From NCBI RefSeq assembly GCF_009914755.1, contig NC_060940.1: DNA of 64,000 nt; one strand, written 5' to 3'. Numbering within the stretch: the stretch's first letter is position 1; each line of letters begins with the position of its first letter. Shown here one piece after another: positions 53,606 through 64,000 of the stretch. Position numbers and translations under genes: made by a program. This stretch comes from the human T2T-CHM13v2.0 reference genome, Homo sapiens. The notes under the pieces were generated by a model. It saw only the letters and a list, made by a program, of their open reading frames with translations. It was not told the origin of the DNA and made no database searches.

Positions 53606-53779
53606 CAGTGGTTCTCAAGCTTAGCAACACAATCATATCATCCAGTCTTTAAAATTCCTAAGGTCAAAGCCACAGGCCAAAACAATTAAAGCAAAATCTA
53701 TAGAGATGGGATTCAGGCATCAATGTTTTTTAGAACTCCCTAGGATAATCAAATGTAAAGGCAAGGTTAAGAACTACTG
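53606..53779. mobile_element. MER5-family hAT MITE
   Basis: CAGTGGTTCTCAA ... TTAAGAACTACTG terminal inverted repeats. Confidence 0.8.
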
Positions 53780-55214
53780 TTCTAAACAAGGGTGCTATGT
53801 TCAAAAGTACAGAATTGTTGCTCATAAATACATATGGATTGTAGGAAGGATAGCAGGTTGTTTGTATGTGTATACACACAAACGCATATATAAAGTATAT
53901 ACACACACATACACACACACATATATAAAGTGTATACACACACACACATATATAAAGTCTCTTAAAGATCCAAGGATTTCTGTGTCCAATGTAAAACAAT
54001 TTTATCAGGTTTTCTAACTCCTTATTTAAAAAAATTCTTACAGATTGTTGACATAGCTATTAATGATCTCCTCCAGGAATTCTTGCTAAACACACAGTTT
54101 TGCATCTAGAAAATCAGGGAACATAAAAGGGACATTTAATTTAATCATATATTTTACATTATACATGTCTGCCTATCTGTCTATTCATCTGTCTATTGAT
54201 CTATCATTCTAATAAGATAAATACAAGATTACAAGAGAAGGGGAGCCTGACTTTTGATTTGTGTATGACCCCATGTTATCAAATTTTGAAACAGAAAATA
54301 TGTTAGTAAGATAAATGTATAGGCAATGCTACAGTGTTTGGTCAGAAGTTGGGGGATGCTGTGGCCAGATCTGTGTTTACTGACTTGTGAGGAGGATGGA
54401 TTCAAGGCAAGGGACGTTAAAGGCAAAACATCGGTTAGGAGGTAAGTATAATTGTGCACATAAGAGAGGATAAGGGATAAAATGACAAGCTTCAGTGGAA
54501 ATGTATATTCAATGAGACTTGGTGGTTGAATACATGTAAAAGACGGGATAGAATTTTCCAGGACCCTTGAAAATATTAAAACGTGAAATTTTGAGGAATG
54601 TGTTTCAGGTCTGTGATGTATATCACAGTGGTCTCTCCAGGCTGCAGTTTTGTTGACAATAACTAAATATCTAAATGCTGACAGACAGGCGGGAATAATA
54701 ACGAACTTGCAGATAGGAAATATCACATTTTTTTTTCTGTTTTTTCCATCTATACGTTTTGTTTCTGTATGTGGAATACAACCATACAATCTGGAATTAA
54801 TTGTACCTTCTTAGTGGTAATTTCTAACATTTGTATGTTAATGCTTCTGTTTTTTGACATGTTCCACTGGCTAAAATGTCCAGGGCAATACTGGATGATA
54901 ATTGGCTGTCATTGTCAATACCCTTTTTGAAAATAATGGTCATTAGCTTCGAATATTTAGCATTACCTGATGACTTTTAGGATAAGTTCTGGGTAATTTC
55001 TCTTGAATAAAGTTGAAGTGTCATGTATTCCTCCCATATTTTAAAATCTAAGAATGCATCTGTTTCATCTGATATTTTTACAATTCTTAAAATCTGGGGC
55101 TAGATGTTATTTTTCTCTAAGTTTTGAAAATTTACATTTTATCTGATGTTCTTCTCCGGATATTTGAATTATACTCAGTTGTATTATCTTTATTATTTTT
55201 CTATTTTCTTATTC

Positions 55215-55720
55215 AGTAGCTCCAGCATATAAATACAAGACCAGTAACACCAGTATCACTTATGACTTGTGAGGAGGTCTGAGCACGGTGGCTCACACCT
55301 GTTCCTAGCACCTTGGGAGGCGAAGGTGGGAGGATTGCTTGAGCCTAGGAGTTCGAGACCAGCCTGGGCAATATAGCAAGACCCCATCTCTACAAAAAAA
55401 TTAAAAATTAGCTGGGCATGGTGGCAAACACCTGTAGTCCTGGCTACTCTGGAGGCTGAGGCAGGAGGATGATGGCTTTAAGCCCAGGAGTTCGTAGCTG
55501 TAGTGAGTTATGATCATGTCACTGCATTCCAGCCTGGGACAGAGGGAGAGTATGTGTCTTAAAAAACAGCAACAATAACGAATAACTTGTAAGAAATGCC
55601 AAATCTGAAGTCCCACTCCAGACAAACCAAATTAGAAACTTCAAGAGTGGGGCCCACATTTTGTAGTTTACTAAGTCCTCTGGGTTATTTAGATGTTCAC
55701 CCAAGTTTGAAAACTACTAT
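55215..55720. mobile_element. MER5A interrupted by AluJ
   Basis: ACTTGTAAGAAATGC...CAAGTTTGAAAACTACT. Confidence 0.7.
55276..55583 (+). mobile_element. Alu (AluJ family)
   Basis: GGAGGATTGCTTGAGCCTAGGAGTTCGAG; TSD-like ACTTGTGAG / ACTTGTAAG. Confidence 0.94.
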
Positions 55721-55897
55721 TTCTGTTCCTTACGGAAGTTTTTTATTTAAAAAAATTTCTTCTTCTTGCTGTGCTTCAGGTTTTTGTTTTTAAAATTGTT
55801 GCTTTTTATTTACTAATTTACTGAGAATCTATTCCTCACTTTTATAAATTACAAAAACACATGATTTCTTTTTTATTCCCAGTGCTTTAGTGGGACT

Positions 55898-56385
<488 letters not shown>

Positions 56386-56394
56386 TATTAAGAT

Positions 56395-57140
56395 TTTTCA
56401 TTGAGGGATAATTTGTATACAGTAAAATGCACAGCTCCTAAGTGAAGATGATAAGTTTTGGCAGTTGAATACTTCCAAATAACTACCACCCAAATTAGAA
56501 TTTAGAACATTTCCATGACCAGGATGCCTTCTTATAGTCAGCCTCACCATTTCTCAGCTTCTAGGCCACAACTTTCTGATTCTATTATCGTAGATTGTTT
56601 TTGCCCATCCTTCTACTTCCTATCAACAGAATCAGGTGCACCTTTGCTTCTTTCATTCACATGATGTGTTTGAGATTCTTCTTTGTTGTTACATAAATCA
56701 GTTGCTTGTTTCTTTTTTTTGATGAGTAGTATTTCATTCTGTTAATAGACTGGAATTTGTTTCTCCATTTTCCAGTGGCTAACCCATTTGCGTTATTAAG
56801 TGTTTCGGCTGCAATGAAGAAGGCTGCGATAAACATTTTTGTAGAAGTCATTTTTGGTGGACACGTGCATTCATTCCTCTTTTGATAAGAACCAATGAAT
56901 TGGTTGTTAGTTAAAAAGAAGATTCAAAGGGAAAATGAGTGTTCAACTTCATAAGAAAGCTAAAACAGTCTTCTAAAGGCACTGTACCTTCCTATACTCA
57001 CACCAGCAATGTATGAAAGTTTCATGTGTTTCACATGCACACTCACATTTCATATTGTCTTTTTTTATTTTAGGAATTTTAGTGGGTATGGCAGATCTCA
57101 TTGTGGAATGATACTTGTTTTAAACATTTGTTTTCAATAA
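56395..57140 (-). mobile_element. L1ME-like 3' end
   Basis: ATTGAGGGATAATTTGTATACAGTAAAATGCACAG; CACCAGCAATGTATGAAAG. Confidence 0.75.
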
Positions 57141-57269
57141 TAAATGAGTTTAACACTTTGAACTTGTTTCTGGATTTTATTTTGCTTAATCTTATTAACA
57201 CATAGTTGTATTCACATATTTTATTTTTCCTAGGCTTTTTTAAAATTGAAATGAGTAATACCCCTATTT

Positions 57270-57740
57270 TTGTAGATGATTCTTGGAGCAGGAGCCAATT
57301 TACTTGCTCACAAATTTGAGGGTAAGAAATTGAGGGAAGGCACAGTGAGGATGGGTTTGTCTCTGTTTCACAAGGCAGCAATTGGGGTAACTCGAATTGC
57401 TGGGGCCAGTTCAGATGCATCTGCAGTGATCATGCGTCTGGGTCTTGTGATTTACATTGTCTGTATCTCTTGGATCTTGTCCAGTAGCCTCTTCATATGG
57501 TTAATTTGGGCTTCTCGGGCATGATAGTCTCAGGGTACTTAAAAATCTGGCTTTCCTCAAGAGACAAAAATCAGAAACTTCTAAGTCTTAAACCTTAGGG
57601 ATGGAACTTACATTTCCACCTCCCTCTATTGGTTACAGCAGTTCTCATGCTTAGCCCAGAATCAACGGGAGAGGACTACACAAGGACATGAATACAGGAA
57701 GAAATCATTTATTAGAGTCCACCAATGTAACAGACTACTA
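57270..57740 (-). mobile_element. MLT1 (G/H/I-like) MaLR LTR
   Basis: TTTACTTGCTCACAAAT...CTCTATTGGTTACAGCAG...AGCCCAGAATCAA. Confidence 0.65.
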
Positions 57741-58752
57741 AAGTTTACATTATTAATACGAAACTAATAACACAGGAGAACGAAAAATATGTTCAGAAAA
57801 TATCAACAAACAAAAAGAAATGAGAAATTGAATTATTACTAGCAGACAAAGTAGACTTGAAAAAATACATTGGGATAAAAGTCTCATTTTATATTGCAAA
57901 TAAGTTAATGATTAAAAAACTAGTAATCTTTAAATTTTATATGCCAAATAACATAATGATGCCATATAAATAAAATATGCTGATGCTTTAGGAGAAATTT
58001 TCTAAAAATGCAAGTATGGGAAACCTATTTTTGTAGCACAAATCAATGACTTTATTAATAAAGTTGATATAATAAAAATACGTGGAGAACAATACACCCT
58101 TAAAATTTAGCACATCTTGAACAGAGAAGTATTTGCAAGCTCAATACTTACTACAAAAATAATTTGGATATTCTTTACAGGCCATCTCACAGTAGTGCAT
58201 CTTGGTTCTGTTCATATCTTCCTCATTTTAAGGTGGGTAGTTTATTTCCACTGACTCCAAAGTTTTGGTGTTTGATTGCACTCTGTCTTCTGTTATGAAA
58301 GATTTTATTATTCCTATTGCCTAGAAAGTTTACCGTTAAAAAACATTCATTTCTAAATACTTCGCAATAACGTGTAGTTTTCTCTTTGCCAGAAGCACTG
58401 CAGCACAAGCTACAAAATTCAAAGGGCAATGTTTCATGGCCTGATCCCTCCTCGGTCTGACACGCCCTTGCCTGCTTACCATTTCCCATGTTAGGGTTGC
58501 ATTACTGAGAACTCTAGTCTCCAAAGAGATATATTAGAGAGAGGTGGTGGTTGAGTATGTGGGGAAAATGAATGACCCTGGATAATCAAGAGGCAGAACT
58601 CATTGCAAGGGAAGATGGGTTGCAAGATTTCTGATAGGTAGTGTCTGCTTTTGATTAACAGTGGGTACTCAGTAACAACGTATGATCATTCCCTTCCCAC
58701 TCTATTTTGCCTCTAGGCCTTCCTGTGTTTTGATATTAAAATTATCTGTTTT

Positions 58753-58769
58753 AAAAAAAGAAAACAAAG
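58753..58769 (+). other. Poly(A)-only retrotransposition insertion
   Basis: A-rich 17-mer flanked by the perfect 14-bp direct repeat AAATTATCTGTTTT at a TT/AAAA site. Confidence 0.6.
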
Positions 58770-59577
58770 AAATTATCTGTTTTGGTTTCTGTCTCCTCCT
58801 GGTTTGTCAGCTCTTTGAGGCAGAGACCATAATGTATTCATAGTTCTCCACCTGATATATAGGCTCAATGACTGGTATATTGGAAGCAAACAGTGAATGT
58901 GCATGTGCCATATCCCCATTCTCACCAAGAAACAAAATAAAACAGAACAGATACAGAGCTCTACATCGTATTACAATAGAATAGGATCATTGAAAAGAAT
59001 TTTACTAAAAGCCAAAGACATGAAAGTAGTTTTCAAATGAGAGGCAGTGAGTAACTAAAAGGATAGCAGAGGTCAAAATCTTAGAGTTTTAGTGATGGGC
59101 TTGAAGGCTTTACAGCTGAAAAGAAAAATCCCTAATAAAGGGATTAGCTAACCATGAGTCTGATGAGTAGGAAGTGGGGCCACCTTCAGAAGCACGTAGA
59201 AGAATTGATTGTACTTTCCTATCTTCAGTTTTTCTTCAGTAGCAGTAGTTTTGGTTTTAAATATACATATACATGTGTGTCTATGGATGTGTATGCCTTC
59301 AAGGTAATGTGTGCCCCTTCTATGGAACCAACAGTTGAGAGATAAAAAGCCTCTAAATTTCCCCGAACTTCAACACTGATAACATTTTAAATACACTTGT
59401 CATGTCTATTCTCTATATACTTTTTTTTCTAAAATATTAAAATAATTTATACATGCACACATACCCAACAAATGCTTTTCAATCCTTTTTCTTTGGCTTT
59501 TTATTATAATTTTGTACTTTTTAAAAGTCATATATAAATGACTAAATGATAATCCAGCTGTATGGATATTATAATCT

Positions 59578-59966
<389 letters not shown>

Positions 59967-60934
59967 CTTATTGTGATTTTTCTATCTGAGTTCTTAAGCT
60001 TGCTTCTGGAAGCATCTGAGACTTAGAAAAACAACAAGAGAGAATAGTGAAAATGGGGCTTCCTCACAAAATTAAGGTGCATGATTTTTTCTTCTCCTAC
60101 ATGCTGAATGTAATATTCATACAGTAGCAAATAATCTACATTTTCTTAGACACTTTTTCTTAGATAAATTAGTTTTTCAAATGACATTGATGTCTTTGTC
60201 ACTATAAGTGGCATTCCTGAACCAGGTTTCTGTTGGATTTTTGTGAGTCCCAAACCCTCTTTTAACAGAATCATTTAAGAAATTGTTTTAGCAACTATTC
60301 TGTCATTTTTTTGACATCTGGATTTGTTTTCCTGCAAGTCTGTCAGAAGACAAGTGTAGATTTATATGTAGACATACTATGAAAACTGCCTATTCACTGA
60401 AAGTAATATATGTGTGCTACAGCTTTATCATATTGCCATTGTAACCTTTCACATGCTTGCCATTAGAGAATAAAGTCACTTTTTAAGAAATGGAATGCCA
60501 ATTAAAGTCCAAGAAGTTTTTTGAGAAGTTGATCCCCTTGTTTAAAAGTTTGGATCTTATACCTCACAGATTATTCTCAGGAGATCAGACTAAAATAATC
60601 TCTGGGTGTTAGCATAAAATCATAATCCAAATGCACATAAGAAAAATGGAAATAGGACTATGTAGAAACACTGAAGAACTAACCGTTTTTTCCTGTGTAA
60701 ATCTGATTTTCAGTAGAAATTGTAGTTATGTTTTCTGTATTGCAATATAACACAAATTGCACTGAAGTCATTTCAAAGGGCACTGAGTTCATGCACAGTT
60801 TTCTTTAAAATAACCAGGGAGATTCAACAGAAATAGTGTGTACTGGCTGGATTTCAAAGAGAAATACATATTCTACAGAGTTTATTAGTTGACTCTTACT
60901 TCCAACCTCATCATTATGCTAAACAATTTAAAGA

Positions 60935-61145
60935 AAGATTAGTTGAGCTTTTACTATGTGCCAAGGTCTATGTCACATTCTCTGCATTCATTATTTTATT
61001 CGATTCTCAGTCTTCCTGAGAAATAGACAGTATTTTATCCCAGTTTTAGAATTGAAGATTTCAGATTTAAAATCCTAAAAGAGCTTGCTCAAATTCATAT
61101 TGCTATTAAATTATACAGCTGGATTTGAATCCCAATCATCTGAAA
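60935..61145 (-). mobile_element. MIR
   Basis: TTTACTATGTGCCAAG...ATCCCAGTTTTAGA...GGATTTGAATCCCA. Confidence 0.7.
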
Positions 61146-61152
61146 ACGTAGT

Positions 61153-61156
<4 letters not shown>

Positions 61157-61185
<29 letters not shown>

Positions 61186-61338
61186 GAGACAGAGTCTTGC
61201 TCTGTGGCCCAGGCTGCAGTGCAGTGGCTTGCAATCTTGGCTCACTGCAAGCTCCGCCTCCCGGGTTCACGCCATTCTCCTGCCTCAGCCTCCCGAGTAG
61301 CTGGGACTGCAGGCACCCGCCACCACGCCTGGCTAATT

Positions 61339-61369
<31 letters not shown>

Positions 61370-61488
61370 TTAGCAGAGACGGGGTTTCACCTTGTTAGCC
61401 AGGATGGTCTCGATCTCCTGACCTCGAGATCCACCCGCTTCGGCCTCCCAAACTGCTGGGATTACAGGCGTGAGCCACCGCCTCCGGC
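61157..61488 (-). mobile_element. AluY with (TG)n in the middle linker
   Basis: Long poly-T, AluY diagnostics, TG run ~61343-61368. Confidence 0.96.
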
Positions 61489-61646
61489 TTCCTTTTCTTA
61501 ATGACTATGGTGAGGTGAGGTTTGCTTAACCTCTATCACCTTTCTCTAATAGTACATTATCAATATCAGGACATTAATACTGGCAAAATACTAAGAACTA
61601 GATTACAAAACGTATTCAGGATTCACCAGTTTTTGCATGCATTCAC

Positions 61647-61649
<3 letters not shown>

Positions 61650-61689
<40 letters not shown>
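61650..61689. repeat. (TG)n microsatellite within an old L1 3' fragment
   Basis: Perfect TG run of ~20 units. Confidence 0.95.
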
Positions 61690-61691
<2 letters not shown>

Positions 61692-62982
61692 TGCAGTTCT
61701 GTGAAATTTTTATCACATATTTAGATTTGTGAAAACACCACCTTAATCTACTCAGTGTTTTACTTCTGAGGAGAGTTATAGCTTGTACCTAGGGCTTAAT
61801 TTAATTATATGCATCACAAGCATGGAAATAAGACAAAAGTAATCTTTGCAAGGTTGGAGTCAGCCTCATCATGGCTGAACAGGCTTAATCTCAGGCATCC
61901 ACAACAAGGGAAACTATGGTGGAGAATAGAACATAGCACTTTGAAAATGAACGGGGAGTCTCAGGAAAGTCACAATTAGGTGACTAATCTAAGGAGACAG
62001 AAGTAGGATTTCAAATGGGACTCAAATTTTACTAATTTGCCAAGTAGTATTGATGGTAGTGCATCCACAAGAGTCTTAAGTTATTGTCGAAAATAGAAGT
62101 GAAATTTGTACAGCTTTTCTAGTTACTATGCATAACAAATGTGAATGGGTAGGACTAGCTTAAAGGAATATAAAGTTGTAATGGACAATTTAGATTTCAG
62201 ATTTATTACACACATGATAGAAAATGTGTTCTAAAACCTGGTACAAGAAAAATGACATCATTTCTTTGTTATAGAATTTAATCTCCTCTATATTCACACA
62301 GAGCTACGTGAAGAGGGCACTGGCACCTCTCTCTCCCAAGGTACTGCCAGGCTCTGATTCTCTGTGTTAAATGAAGGTCAGGGAGGGTGAGTTGAAGAAT
62401 GGTGGATTGGAAATGATCATAAACTTTCTCAGCAATGAAAATGTTGAGTCTGTATGCATTGCAGGGCTGAACATTTGTTGGAATTTCAGATGAAGTAAAA
62501 GTAAATAAATAAAAAACATAAAAGTGCACAAATCTGTCAAAGTTATTTTTGTGCTTTCTGCATCTGGAAAACTTTCCCTGCATCCTTCCCATTTCACTAT
62601 TTGGCCTTATTTATGAAATATTAACATATTCATTTAATGTGCAATCCCCAGACATATTTACACTCCCTACGTGGAAGCTTTTCTAGGACATGCATCTTGT
62701 GTTAGTCATATTATTCATTTTTTTATTATTAGGGTATGCTGAATTCACACATGGTAGATGTTCAATAAATGTAGGCTAAATGGAACAAGAATGATGTTTA
62801 TTGAATCCTTAACAAGTGTTATAAGAACATTTAGCACACAGAATACTCAAGTATGTCTTTCTATTAACAGTGATTAAGAAGGTCTTCTATAGAGGAATAA
62901 GCTAAGTACCATGAAGAGCACTCAACAAAGTAAGACCACCCAACTATTCAATTAGAGATAGAGAATTTTTTTCTGAAATCTT

Positions 62983-63772
<790 letters not shown>

Positions 63773-64000
63773 GCTTAATCACATTTACTTTTTCTGGGGG
63801 GAAAATGATCTAATTTAATTAATTTTATTTAATGAGAACCAAAATATGAATCAGGGATTTTTTAAATGGTGTATAAATAATTAAAGTAAGAAGTCTTGTT
63901 AATGGAAAATCCCAACTATATGGATGCAAATAATAATTTGGAATTCAGGAGCAATCAGGGGAAATCTGCCAAGAGTTATTTTAGGGAAGAATAGCACACA

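Noticed and set aside
54229-54789. Longest ORF (186 aa, minus strand)
   Set aside because: Overlaps L2-like sequence, has no recognisable domain or exon structure, and is consistent with a chance ORF.
61343-61368. (TG)n replacing the Alu middle linker
   Set aside because: A well-known route of microsatellite birth in Alus; not novel.

Overview
This is AT-rich, CpG-poor primate (very likely human) non-coding DNA. I find no protein-coding gene, RNA gene, CRISPR array or microbial system. The ORF track consists of L1/Alu/ERV remnants and chance ORFs. The first ~30 kb is a nest of mostly minus-strand LINE-1s of several ages (L1MB/MC-like hosts carrying L1PB, L1MA, Alu, MaLR and a solo LTR2). The remaining ~34 kb mixes unique sequence with MIR, L2, Alu, DNA transposons (MER2, MADE1, MER58, MER5) and LTR elements (HERV16/ERVL remnant, MST, MLT1, MLT2, MER34). 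The most notable structures are: (1) two non-repeat, polyadenylated, TSD-flanked orphan retro-insertions 0.7 kb apart in the same L1; (2) a probable ~2.9 kb inversion whose junction carries a 90-bp inverted duplication plus a ~70-bp templated insert (replication template-switch signature); (3) an L1 that keeps both ends and its TSDs but lacks most of ORF1/ORF2; (4) several small templated-insertion and perfect-hairpin scars and a poly(A)-only insertion; (5) a perfect RFX X-box followed by a consensus splice donor. Repeat family names come from recognition of consensus sequences from memory. Subfamily calls and the boundaries of old repeats are approximate.
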